Below, in pieces: positions 20,769 through 32,197 of a stretch of DNA of 64,000 nt. The notes under the pieces are model-generated. The model was given only the letters and a program-made list of their open reading frames with translations, did not search any database and was not told where the DNA came from. The stretch lies in NCBI GenBank assembly GCA_963665325.3, contig CAXXWS020000002.1, positions 32,001 to 96,000 of the forward strand, written 5' to 3'. A program made the translations under genes and the position numbers. Origin of the DNA: Alphaproteobacteria bacterium. GTDB lineage: Bacteria > Pseudomonadota > Alphaproteobacteria > Bin95. Positions within the stretch are counted from its first letter, which is position 1, and each line of letters begins with the position of its first letter.

Positions 20769-22289
20769 TCAGTCCCCTGCGCCGCCCATGAGCAGGCCGA
20801 TGGCCTCCCGAGTGGTCTCGCCCGCCGGGACCGCCGGGGAGAGCCGGCCCCGCGAGATCACGGCGACGCGGTCCGAGATCTCGAGGATCTCGTCGAGGTC
20901 CTGGCTGATGGCCAGCACGGCCGCGCCGCTGCGTGCGAGCGCGGCGAGCGCGCGGCGGATTTCGGTCGCCGCGCCGACATCGACGCCCCAGGTCGGCTGG
21001 CTCACCGCCAGCACGCCCGGCTGGCGGTCGAGTTCGCGCCCGACGACGAATTTCTGGAGATTGCCGCCGGAAAGCGCCCTGGCCTCGGGGTCGCCGTCGG
21101 GTGCGCGAACGTCGAAACGCTCCACGATGCGCCGCGCGAGGCCGCGAGCGCGGGAGAGGTGCAGAAGGCCGCCCGTCGCCAGTTCCGTGTCGGTGCCGTG
21201 CCGGGTGAGGACGGCGTTTTCCGAAAGGCGCATGCCCGGCACCGCCGCATGGCCCAGCCGCTCCTCCGGGATGAAGGCCGCGCCGAGGCGCCTCCGCCTC
21301 CGCGGTCCCATCCGTCCGCAGGCCCGCCCGTCGATTTCGACGGCGGCACCGTCGGAAGCCGGCGTCTCACCGGAGAGCGCGGCGAACAGCTCGTCCTGCC
21401 CGTTGCCGGCGACACCCGCAACGCCGACGATCTCGCCGCCGCATACTTCGAGCGAGATGTCTTCCAGCGAGATGCCGAAGGGCGTGTCGGCTTCCAGCGA
21501 GAGGCCGCGAACGGCGAGCCGGACCGGGCCGGCCGCGGCGGGCTGGCCGTCGCGTCTTCCAACGCCTTCGACATCGGCGCCCACCATCAGCCGGGCAAGG
21601 TCGGCCGCGGTTGCGGCGTTCGGGTCCGGCCGGCCGACCACCCGCCCGTGCCGCAGCACGGTCGCGCTGTGGCAGAGCTGGCGGACTTCTTCGAGCCGGT
21701 GGCTGATATAAAGCACCGCGCAGCCCTCGCCGGCGAGCCGGCGCAGGGTCTCGAACAGCCGTTCGGCCTCCTGCGGCGTCAGCACCGAGGTCGGCTCGTC
21801 CATGATGAGCAGGCGCGGGCGCTGCAACAGGCAGCGGACGATCTCGATGCGCTGGCGAACGCCCACCGGCAGACTGGCGACGCGCGCCGCGGGATCGAGC
21901 GGCAGGCCGTAGGCCTCCGACACCGAGCGGACATCGTCGGCGAGCGCGCCGCCCGCCGCGCCTTTCGGCAGCGCCAGCGCGATGTTCTCGGCGACGGTCA
22001 GCCCCTCGAAGAGCGAGAAATGCTGGAACACCATGCCGATGCCCAGCGCGCGCGCCTCCGCCGGGTTGCCGATGGCCGCCGGCAGGCCCTGCCAGCTTAT
22101 CGACCCAGCATCCGGCTGGAGCGAGCCGTAGAGGATCTTGACGAGCGTCGATTTGCCGGCGCCGTTCTCGCCCAGCAGCGCATGTATCTCGCCTGCATGA
22201 ACGGAGAGGTCGATGCGGTCGTTTGCAGCGAGGTCGCCGAAGCGCTTGACGATGCCGCGCGCTTCCAAAAGGACATTTCCGCCCGGCAT
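20769..22289 (-). CDS. ABC transporter ATP-binding protein (CUT2 type, two NBDs)
   Basis: GENGAGKST, MDEPT, LSGGNLQK, QPTWGVDVGA. Confidence 0.95.
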   Translation of the reverse strand: MPGGNVLLEARGIVKRFGDLAANDRIDLSVHAGEIHALLGENGAGKSTLVKILYGSLQPDAGSISWQGLPAAIGNPAEARALGIGMVFQHFSLFEGLTVAENIALALPKGAAGGALADDVRSVSEAYGLPLDPAARVASLPVGVRQRIEIVRCLLQRPRLLIMDEPTSVLTPQEAERLFETLRRLAGEGCAVLYISHRLEEVRQLCHSATVLRHGRVVGRPDPNAATAADLARLMVGADVEGVGRRDGQPAAAGPVRLAVRGLSLEADTPFGISLEDISLEVCGGEIVGVAGVAGNGQDELFAALSGETPASDGAAVEIDGRACGRMGPRRRRRLGAAFIPEERLGHAAVPGMRLSENAVLTRHGTDTELATGGLLHLSRARGLARRIVERFDVRAPDGDPEARALSGGNLQKFVVGRELDRQPGVLAVSQPTWGVDVGAATEIRRALAALARSGAAVLAISQDLDEILEISDRVAVISRGRLSPAVPAGETTREAIGLLMGGAGD

Positions 22290-22530
22290 GCGCAGCGTCC
22301 CCAAGCAAGGTCACCCGAGGTTAGAGCATAGGCCTGCCGGATTGAACCCGGATCGTCGGCCGCTCCCGATTTCGGCCGGGGGCGTGCCCGGGGGCGGCCG
22401 ATGGCACGGCCTTTGACTCACCAGGCCAACTCTGCAAACTCGAAGTCGACTGTCTGACCCGGAGATCCGGGTCGGTGCCGCGACCTCGGACAGACAGCGC
22501 ACCTGTCTGACCGACCTCGGGAGATTTGCA

Positions 22531-22944
22531 ATGTGGCGGACCCCTCTTTTCCTCGCTGGCGCTCTCGCCATTTCCCTTGCCGGCGTTGCCGAAGCGCAGA
22601 CGATACCGCTGGCCGAAAATTGCGTTTCGACACAAGCTTTGCCGGACCGGTCGACAGGCAGCGACCATTGGTACCCAAAATATCGGTTCACGAATGGCTG
22701 CCGCTACGAGGTCTTTGTGCGCGTACGCCATAATTTCGGAACCAGATCGATCAAATGTTCAAGTCCGGGCGGGATCGAGGTACGTGCTGGCGGGTCACAC
22801 GTTTACGATGCGGGACCGCTTCCGAGGGGCGTGCAAAGCTATATCAGGTATTGCGCGCAGTATGACGACAGGGAAATACAAAGCAGAACCGGTTACGCGA
22901 CCTGCTATGAGTCGAATTCGCCGTCATGCCCGCAGTTGCAATAG
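22531..22944 (+). CDS. Small secreted Cys-rich hypothetical protein
   Basis: Sec signal MWRTPLFLAGALAISLAGVAEA, six Cys in mature part, GGGAGA RBS, visibly lower GC than flanks. Confidence 0.7.
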   Translation: MWRTPLFLAGALAISLAGVAEAQTIPLAENCVSTQALPDRSTGSDHWYPKYRFTNGCRYEVFVRVRHNFGTRSIKCSSPGGIEVRAGGSHVYDAGPLPRGVQSYIRYCAQYDDREIQSRTGYATCYESNSPSCPQLQ

Positions 22945-23307
22945 GCTCTTGCGGAGCGCGGCCGCCGGACCGACGAGGACTGCATTCAGGCCATCGGCCA
23001 TTTCCGTCGAGGCCGGGAGCCGCGTCAGTAACCTATGGCTGACCGCCTCTTCCCTCTGCCTGGAGGCAGACACGATACCCTGGGGCCGTCGGCGGCGGAT
23101 GCTTACATTCCTGCCACGATGTTCGCCGGGATGAACCTGTCTGTCGCCTGACCGACTTTTGCCAGGCTGTCGCCCGCGGAAACCGATGGCTCGGGAATTG
23201 CGCCACTGCGACCGGCCCGGGACGGCGTTGCTGGCAGCGCCGGCGCGAAAGCGGGCGCGCGACCCGGATCGTCGCGCGCCCGCCGGTTGCAGGAAGGGCG
23301 CCCGCCG

Positions 23308-24651
23308 CTAGAAGAGCGGCGAGGAGCCCCGGCCGAACTCGGGATAGGCCTCCATGCCGAGCTCGGTCTTGTCGAGGCCGTCGTCTTCCGCCTCTTCGGA
23401 GGCCCGGATGCCGAGGAGGAGCTTCAGCACGAACCAGGCCGCGAGCGAGGCAGCGAAGACGAAGGTGCCGATGGCCAGCACGCCGATGAGCTGCACCCCG
23501 AAGTCGCCGCCGCCGAAGATGCCGACCGCGAGCGTGCCCCAGATGCCGGCGACCAGATGGGCGGAGATCGCGCCCACCACATCGTCGATCTTCAGCCGGT
23601 CGAGGGCCGGGACCGCGAACACCACCAGCACGCCGCCGACACCGCCGATGACGAGCGCCAGCACATGGTTCTGGAGGTCCGGGCCGGCGGTGATCGAGAC
23701 AAGGCCCGCGATTGCGCCGTTCAGCGCCAGCGTCAGGTCGATCTTGCGGTACATGACATAGCTGGTCGCCATGGCCGCGATCACGCCCGCCGCGGCGGCG
23801 AGGTTGGTGTTCACATAGACGATGGAGATCGCCACCGCGTCGAGCGCGGAGCCGAGCGCGAGCTGCGAGCCGCCGTTGAAGCCGAACCAGCCGAACCAGA
23901 GGATGAAGGTGCCGAGCGTCGCGAGCGGCAGATTGGCGCCAGGCATCGGGTTGATGCTCCCGTCCGGCCCGTATTTGCCCTTGCGCGCGCCGAGCACCAG
24001 CGCGCCTGCGAGCGCCGCCCAGCCGCCGGTGGAATGCACCAGCGTGGAGCCGGCGAAATCGCTGAAGCCCATCTCGTTCAGCCAGCCGCCGCCCCAGACC
24101 CACGACGCCTGGATCGGGTAGATCAGCGCCGACAGGAGGACGGTGAAGATCAGGAAAGGCAGGATGCGGATGCGTTCGGCGAGCGTGCCCGAGACGATGG
24201 AAGCGGCCGTCGCCACGAACACCATCTGGAAGAACCAGTCGGACATGACCGAATAGCCGCCTTCGACGACGGCAGCGACCTGTTCGGGCGTCGCCTCTTC
24301 GGCGTTGAGGAGCGCGAGTTCGGTGTCGGACGGGTTGTAGAGGAAGTTGAAGGTGCCGATCCAGCCGCCGTTCACGTCCGTGTACATCACGGCATAGCCG
24401 ACGATGTAGAACATGATCCCGGCGAGCGAGTAGAGCGCGATGTTCTTCAGGCAGATCGCCGCGGTGTTCTTGGTCCGCACGAGCCCCGATTCCAGCATGG
24501 CGAAGCCGGCCGCCATCAGCATCACCAGGAAGCCGTGCACCAGGAAGGAGAAGGTGTTGAAGATGAAGGCGATCTCGCCTTCGACTGCCGCAGCGGCGGG
24601 CGATGCCGCCAGCACGAAGAGGGCCGCGAGACCCGGAATGATGCGAAGCAT
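23308..24651 (-). CDS. amtB: Ammonium transporter
   Basis: DFAGSTLVH, ILWFGWFGFNGGS, IDDVVGAISAH. Confidence 0.96.
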   Translation of the reverse strand: MLRIIPGLAALFVLAASPAAAAVEGEIAFIFNTFSFLVHGFLVMLMAAGFAMLESGLVRTKNTAAICLKNIALYSLAGIMFYIVGYAVMYTDVNGGWIGTFNFLYNPSDTELALLNAEEATPEQVAAVVEGGYSVMSDWFFQMVFVATAASIVSGTLAERIRILPFLIFTVLLSALIYPIQASWVWGGGWLNEMGFSDFAGSTLVHSTGGWAALAGALVLGARKGKYGPDGSINPMPGANLPLATLGTFILWFGWFGFNGGSQLALGSALDAVAISIVYVNTNLAAAAGVIAAMATSYVMYRKIDLTLALNGAIAGLVSITAGPDLQNHVLALVIGGVGGVLVVFAVPALDRLKIDDVVGAISAHLVAGIWGTLAVGIFGGGDFGVQLIGVLAIGTFVFAASLAAWFVLKLLLGIRASEEAEDDGLDKTELGMEAYPEFGRGSSPLF

Positions 24652-24666
24652 GTTCTTATCTCCTTA

Positions 24667-25026
<360 letters not shown>

Positions 25027-25057
25027 TCATCCGTCGGTCGGACTTGAAGGGTGAGAC

Positions 25058-25073
25058 ACAAGAACCGGGCCAA
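25058..25073 (-). promoter_or_regulatory. Putative sigma54 (-24/-12) promoter of glnK-amtB
   Basis: Minus strand TTGGCCCGGTTCTTGT vs consensus TGGCAC-N5-TTGC (GT instead of GC at -12). Confidence 0.55.
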
Positions 25074-25136
25074 GACCTATAACATGTTGATAATATGAGA
25101 AATATCATCGAATTGGGGAAAGATGAGGCAATTTAA

Positions 25137-25153
25137 TGCACAAATCGCAGGCA
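25137..25153. promoter_or_regulatory. Putative NtrC-binding site
   Basis: TGCAC-AAATCGC-AGGCA vs TGCAC-N7-GTGCA in AT-rich tract upstream of the sigma54-like promoter. Confidence 0.5.
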
Positions 25154-25310
25154 CAAAACTGACAGTCAGACTAAGTTGATGAAATTATATGCAGTTTATT
25201 GTCGACGCCGGCGGTCCCGCCCCCGAACCCTCAGGCCATTGCGCTCTGCCTGCGCGGGGATGACGAAAGGGGGCCGGGGCGACAAAAAAGGGCGGCGAGA
25301 GGCATTTGCG

Positions 25311-25800
25311 GACCAAGAAAAATTCCTAAAAATTCCTATTTTGTTTCAAAATGGGCTTGACCCTGGAAAAAGTGTGCTACACTGTCACCGAGGGAAGTGG
25401 CGTCCGGGGCCGTTTCCCTCGGATCCGAAAAAGACACCCGCAAAACCGACGGGAGACGTGCGCCCTGCGCCAGCCTCGCGCGCGGGCGCAATCAGGCGCG
25501 CGAAACGCGCCGGCGCTAGCGGGCGCGCCCGCCCGCGCGCGAAACGCGCGAAAAGGGGCGCTGGCCGCCGCCTCGATTCCGCTCGAAAGGAGACCCGATG
25601 ACTGCAACCGACCCCCGCCCCGAACCGCGATCCGGGGTTGCTCCGAGAACCGAGGCTGGGCCCCGGCTCGGAGGCCGGGGCGACGGTTGGGGGACATGCC
25701 CCGTCCGCATGCGGAACATGACATCTCGTGACACATGGCAGGGTGGACCCCTGACGCCGCATGACGAAACATGACACTTCATGACACTTGCGGGGATATC
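25311..25800 (+). repeat. Dispersed element copy A (promoter-hairpin-core-short ORF-CATGACA array)
   Basis: Shares AAACCGACGGGAGACGTGCGCCC (25443-25465) with 33346-33368 and GCGCAATCAGGCGCGCGAAnCGCGCCGGCGC (25486-25516) with 33402-33432 and revcomp 52075-52105; heptamers at 25750/25760/25770/25780; boundaries approximate. Confidence 0.85.
25598..25774 (+). CDS. Putative 58-aa ORF inside element copy A (may be a relic)
   Basis: GAAAGGAG RBS then ATG; ends ...HDET* in the CATGACA array, like the TerS-like ORF of copy C (...HDRT*). Confidence 0.3.
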   Translation: MTATDPRPEPRSGVAPRTEAGPRLGGRGDGWGTCPVRMRNMTSRDTWQGGPLTPHDET

Positions 25801-25977
25801 CCGGCGGCCCGCCGCGTGGCATCCGTCGGAACCCGGCCAAGGCTCCTGACCGGCGCCATAAACTCGGCGCGTCTTGTCGCCGGCTGTGGAGACAGCCAGA
25901 GTCGGCGCGCCAGGGGCAGGCAGGGTACAAGGCTTTGATGGATGAACGACGGTAGAGAGTCGCGGAGTAGCTGCTCC

Positions 25978-27195
25978 ATGAGCAAGTTCGATGTGATCGT
26001 CGTCGGAGGCGGCCTGGTGGGCGCGGCGGCGGCGCGGGCCTTTGCCTCGGCCGGGCTGGAGGCCGCACTGGTGGACCGGGCCCCGGTGGAGACGGGCGCG
26101 GCGTTCGACGGGCGCACCACCGCGATCTCGCACGCCTCCGTGCAGGTGCTGCGGGGCGTCGGCCTCTGGCCGGCGATTGCGGCGCATGCCGAGCCGATGG
26201 CCGACATCCGCATCACCGACGGCGAGGCCCCGGTGTTCCTGCACTACGACCATCGCGAGGTCGGCGACGAGCCGTTCGGCTATATCGTCGAAAACCGCCT
26301 GATCCGCGCGGCCGCAGCGGCGTTGCTGGAGGATACGCCGAATGTCTCGGTGCTCTCTCCGGCCGTGGCCGAGAGGAGCGAGCGGAGCGGGGGCTTCGCC
26401 AGGCTTTCCCTCGCCGGCGGGGACGTGCTGGAAGCGCCGCTCATCGTCGCCGCCGACGGGCGCAGCTCGCCGCTGCGCCGCGAAGCCGGGATCGGCACCG
26501 TGGAGTGGGCTTACGGACAGAAGGCGCTGGTGCTGACCGTCAGCCACGAGCAGCCGCACGGCAATGTGGCGCATGAGCGGTTCCTCGCGGGCGGGCCGTT
26601 CGCGATCCTTCCAATGACCGACGGCCCGGGCGGCGAACACCGCTCCTCCATCGTCTGGTCGGAACGCAGCGACCTCGCGGATGCGCTGCTCACGCTCGAC
26701 GACGCCCGGTTCCTGCAGGAGCTCGAATGGCGTTTCGGCGATTTTCTGGGCGACATCCGGCTCGTCGGCCCGCGCTGGTGCTGGCCGGTCGGGCTGGTTC
26801 TGGCCGAACGGTTCTATGCCGAGCGGCTGGCGCTTGCGGGCGATGCGGCCTGCGGTATCCATCCCATCGCCGGGCAGGGATTCAACCTCGGCATTCGCGG
26901 CGTTGCCGCACTCGTCGAATGCGTCGTCGATTCATTCCGCCTCGGGCTGGACATCGGCGGCCCGGCCGTGCTGGAGGACTACCAGCGCCGGCAGCGGGCC
27001 GACAGCGTCCTGCTCGCCGGCGTCACGGACGGGCTGAACCGCCTGTTCTCGAACGACATTCCGCCCGTCCGGGCGGCTCGGCAATTGGGCCTCGCCGCCG
27101 TCGGACGGATGCCGGGCCTGAAGCGCGCCTTCATGCGCCACGCCATGGGCGTCGCCGGCCAGCCGCCCCGCCTCGTCCGGGGCGAGCCGCTTTGA
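25978..27195 (+). CDS. UbiH/UbiL/COQ6-family FAD-dependent ubiquinone biosynthesis hydroxylase
   Basis: GGGLVG, AADGRSS, AHERF..GPFAILP, GDAA..IHPIAGQGFNLG. Confidence 0.93.
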   Translation: MSKFDVIVVGGGLVGAAAARAFASAGLEAALVDRAPVETGAAFDGRTTAISHASVQVLRGVGLWPAIAAHAEPMADIRITDGEAPVFLHYDHREVGDEPFGYIVENRLIRAAAAALLEDTPNVSVLSPAVAERSERSGGFARLSLAGGDVLEAPLIVAADGRSSPLRREAGIGTVEWAYGQKALVLTVSHEQPHGNVAHERFLAGGPFAILPMTDGPGGEHRSSIVWSERSDLADALLTLDDARFLQELEWRFGDFLGDIRLVGPRWCWPVGLVLAERFYAERLALAGDAACGIHPIAGQGFNLGIRGVAALVECVVDSFRLGLDIGGPAVLEDYQRRQRADSVLLAGVTDGLNRLFSNDIPPVRAARQLGLAAVGRMPGLKRAFMRHAMGVAGQPPRLVRGEPL

Positions 27196-27201
27196 CGCCG
27201 C

Positions 27202-27855
27202 CTACGGCTCGGCGGCGAGGTAACGGCGGAGCGTCGCTGCCATCTTTGCGGCGGGCGTGTCGTGCGGGAAGAGCGTGCGGAACTTCCCGTCCGGCCCCAC
27301 CAGGAAGGTAAGGGTCGCATGGTCCACCAGATAGTCGTCCGCGTCCGCGCCGGCCTCGGACGGCACCTTGCGGCGATGGATGCGCCAGGCTTTCAGCACG
27401 GCGCGGGTCTGGGCGGGCGTTCCGCGCAGCGCTAGGAAGCGCGGGCCGAAATGCGCCATATAGTCCCTGAGCGCCGGCAGGTCGTCGCGTTCGGGATCGA
27501 CGGTGACGAACAGCGGCTGCACCCGTTCGGCCTCAGGACCGAGTTCATCCAGCGCCGCGGCCACGGTCAGCAGGTTGGTCGGGCAAAGGTCCGGGCAGAA
27601 GGTGTAGCCGAAATAGAGGAGCGCGAAGCGGCCCCGGAAGGTCTGGTCCGTCACCGCCCGGCCGTCATGGCCGGTCAGCGCGAACGGGCCGCCGAAGAGC
27701 TTTTCAAGCGGCGGTGGCGAAGAGGGCGGCGATGGGGGCGGCGGCGCGGCGGCGCCAGCGCCGCCATTCGTAGCGTTCGCCGCGCTGGGCGCGGCGGCGG
27801 CGAGGCAGAGGGCGGCGAGCGCCGCCGCAACCACGCGCCCCGCCGCCCCGGCCAT
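27202..27855 (-). CDS. SCO family copper chaperone
   Basis: GGPFAL, YFGYTFCPDLCP, VTVDPERD, YLVDH; signal peptide; start overlaps stop of upstream gene. Confidence 0.93.
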   Translation of the reverse strand: MAGAAGRVVAAALAALCLAAAAPSAANATNGGAGAAAPPPPSPPSSPPPLEKLFGGPFALTGHDGRAVTDQTFRGRFALLYFGYTFCPDLCPTNLLTVAAALDELGPEAERVQPLFVTVDPERDDLPALRDYMAHFGPRFLALRGTPAQTRAVLKAWRIHRRKVPSEAGADADDYLVDHATLTFLVGPDGKFRTLFPHDTPAAKMAATLRRYLAAEP

Positions 27856-29507
27856 CAGGTCGAATATTGCGCGAAGGCCACCGTGCCGGCGCGGGCGCGG
27901 TAGTCGGTGACGACATTGATGACGGCGACGCGGCCCTGGTCCACTTCCGCCTGGCCCCGTTCCAGCGCGGCGCGGATCTCGCCCGGCTCCTCCACCTGCT
28001 CGCCATAGCAGCCGAGCGCCTGGGCGATCTTGTCGAAGCGCACATAGCCGAGATCGCGGCCGATCTTTTCCCGGCCCGGATCGGCGGTCCACCCGCCGTT
28101 GCAGCTGATCACCACCAGCACCGGGATGCCCTGGCGCTGGGCGGCTTCGAGCTCCATCGCATTGAGGCCCATGGAGCCGTCGCCATGCACGCAGATCACC
28201 TGCTTGTCCGGCTTGGCGACCTTGGCGCCGATGGCGTAGGGCAGGCCGACGCCCATCGTGCCGAACGGGCCGGAGTTCAACCGGTGGCCCGGCGCGTAGG
28301 TCGGCATGGACTGGCGGCCGTAGTTCAGGATTTCCTGGCCGTCCACCACGAGAATGGAATCCCGGTCCATGAAGTTCTTGACTTCCTCGCAGAGTCGGAG
28401 CGGGTGGATTGGCGTGTCGTCCGAGAGGGCATTTCCGCCCGGCCGGGCGCGCTTCTCCGCCTCGCCCTCGGCCAGCCGGTCGCGCCAGGCCTTGAAGCGG
28501 TCGGCGTCGAAGCGCCCGTCGATGGCCGCCATGAGCTGCTCCAGCGCCGTGCGGACGTCCGCGACGATGCCGATGTCGATGGGCCGCGGGCTCTGGGCGA
28601 TCTCGGTCTGGTCGATGTCGATCCGCACGATGCGCGCATCGGCATTGAAACGCGGCGGGGCGGCATGGCCGACGATGTAGTTGAGCCGCGTGCCGAGGAT
28701 GAGGATGCAGTCGGCCTCCCGGAAGGCGGTCGAACGCATGGTGGCGTAGTGCCAGGGATGGTCTTCCGGCACGACGCCGCGGCCCTGCGGCGTGGTGTAG
28801 AAGGGGATGCCGGAGGCATCGACGAAGCGCTGCATCGCCTCCGAGGCTTCCGACCACAGGATGCCGGAGCCCGAAACCATCACCGGGCGCTCGGAAGACG
28901 CCAGGATCGCGGCGGTCTCCTCGATCAGGTCCTGCTGGCCCGCGGGGCGGCTGCGGAGCAGCGGGCGCCCGGAGGTCGTCCAGTTGATCTCCTCCTCCGG
29001 CACCTTCGTGTAGAGCACGTCGCCCGGCATATCGATATAGACGGGGCCCGGCTTGCCGGCCATCGCCTGCTGGAAGGCGATATCGACGATTTCCGGGATG
29101 CGGCGCGGATCGTAAACGCGGGCCGACCACTTCACGCAACCCTCCATGATCCGCATCTGGTCGATTTCCTGGAAGACGTCCTTGCCGAACTGGCCGACCG
29201 GCGAGCAGCCGCCGACCGCGACCACAGGCGTGCAATCGACCAGCGCATTGCAGAGGCCGGTGACCAGGTTGGTGACGCCCGGCCCGGACGCCGCCATGCA
29301 GGTCGCCGGCCTGGTGCGCAGCCGCGCATAGGCGTGCGCCATCATCGCCGCGGCCTGCTCGTGGCGCACATCGACCATGCGTATGCCTTCATTCGCGCAT
29401 TCGGTCTCCGCCAGCAGCATCGGGCCGCCCATCAGGAAAAACATCTCGTCGCAGCCCTGCCTGCGCAGCGCCTTGGCGAGGATCGCCGAACCCGTCAGTT
29501 CGCTCAT
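27855..29507 (-). CDS. ThDP-dependent enzyme (oxalyl-CoA decarboxylase / 2-hydroxyacyl-CoA lyase-like)
   Basis: DVRHEQAAA, SGPGVTN, FQEIDQ, GPFGTMGVGLP, GDGS...N ThDP motif. Confidence 0.88.
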   Translation of the reverse strand: MSELTGSAILAKALRRQGCDEMFFLMGGPMLLAETECANEGIRMVDVRHEQAAAMMAHAYARLRTRPATCMAASGPGVTNLVTGLCNALVDCTPVVAVGGCSPVGQFGKDVFQEIDQMRIMEGCVKWSARVYDPRRIPEIVDIAFQQAMAGKPGPVYIDMPGDVLYTKVPEEEINWTTSGRPLLRSRPAGQQDLIEETAAILASSERPVMVSGSGILWSEASEAMQRFVDASGIPFYTTPQGRGVVPEDHPWHYATMRSTAFREADCILILGTRLNYIVGHAAPPRFNADARIVRIDIDQTEIAQSPRPIDIGIVADVRTALEQLMAAIDGRFDADRFKAWRDRLAEGEAEKRARPGGNALSDDTPIHPLRLCEEVKNFMDRDSILVVDGQEILNYGRQSMPTYAPGHRLNSGPFGTMGVGLPYAIGAKVAKPDKQVICVHGDGSMGLNAMELEAAQRQGIPVLVVISCNGGWTADPGREKIGRDLGYVRFDKIAQALGCYGEQVEEPGEIRAALERGQAEVDQGRVAVINVVTDYRARAGTVAFAQYST

Positions 29508-29588
29508 CGGGTTTCCCTCTCTTCCGTCTTCGGTTCGTTCGGTGGATTGCGTGGGAGCATAGGCGGGCGGGCCGCCGGGCGTAACCGC

Positions 29589-31204
<1,616 letters not shown>

Positions 31205-31208
<4 letters not shown>

Positions 31209-32197
31209 GCCGCGAAACCCCCGCCGAGTTCGTCCTCGATGAAGATGCGCACGATCTCCTCGAAGTCCGCGTCGGTCTCGAAGCCGAGCGCCTGCCCCCG
31301 CGCCGGGTCGAAATGCGTGGCCCAGCCGTTCACGATCTCCTGGATGAACGGGTCGGGCTCGAAATGCACGCGCGCCGCCACCCGCTCGCCCGCAACGGCG
31401 GCCAGCGCTGCCAGCATTTGCTCGACGGTGACGGTGAGGCCCGGCAGCGCCAGCATCCGCGCCGGCCCCCAGGCCTCGGGCGGCATGGCGGCCGCCTTGA
31501 GCACCGCGTCCACCACCTTGCGCGGCGACAGCACATACATCGCCTGGTCCGGCTCTACCGGACAGACGGCTTCCTGGCCCTGGAGGGGCTCGCGGATGAT
31601 CGAGCTTGCCCAGGTCGAGGCCGCCTTGTTGGGCTTGCCGGGCCTTACCACGACCGTCGGGAAGCGCAGCGCCCGCCCGTCCACATGGCCCTTGCGCGCA
31701 TAGTCCTGCACCAGCAGTTCGCCGATGGCCTTCTGCGTGCCGTAGGAGGTCTGCGGGTTCAGGATCAGTTCGTCCGGGATCGTCTCCGGCATCGCACCGC
31801 CATAGACCGCGACCGAACTTGCGAAAACCATGCGCGCGGGCTTCGGCAGGTCCCGGGCGGCGGCCAGCACATTCATCGTGCCCTGGAGGTTGACCGTCAT
31901 GCCGAGGTCGAAATCCTCCTCCGCCCCGGCGCTCACCACGGCGGCCAGGTGGAACACGGCGCCCGTGTCGGGCGCGATGACGGCGCGCACCTGCTCGGGG
32001 TCGCCGATATCGCCGATGCCCGCCTCGACGCGCGGGTCCTGCAGCAGGTACGGGTCGGGCGCGGCTCGGTCGAACAGCACGATGCGCTCGACCGGCTGCT
32101 CGCGGCCCGCGGAATCCGTGAGCGCGTTGAGTTCGAGCAGCCTGAGCGCGAGGCGCCGGCCGATAAAGCCGGCGCCGCCGGTAATCACGACGCGCAT
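31205..32197 (-). CDS. denD: D-erythronate dehydrogenase-like NAD-dependent epimerase/dehydrogenase
   Basis: TGGAGFIG, HLAAVVSAGAEEDFDLG, SYGTQK, RPGKPNKAAS..ASSIIREPL. Confidence 0.8.

Noticed and set aside
25717-25790. CATGACA arrays as CRISPR or simple microsatellite
   Set aside because: Units of 7 bp with 3-bp variable spacers are far too short for CRISPR, no cas genes are present, and spacer variation argues against slippage.
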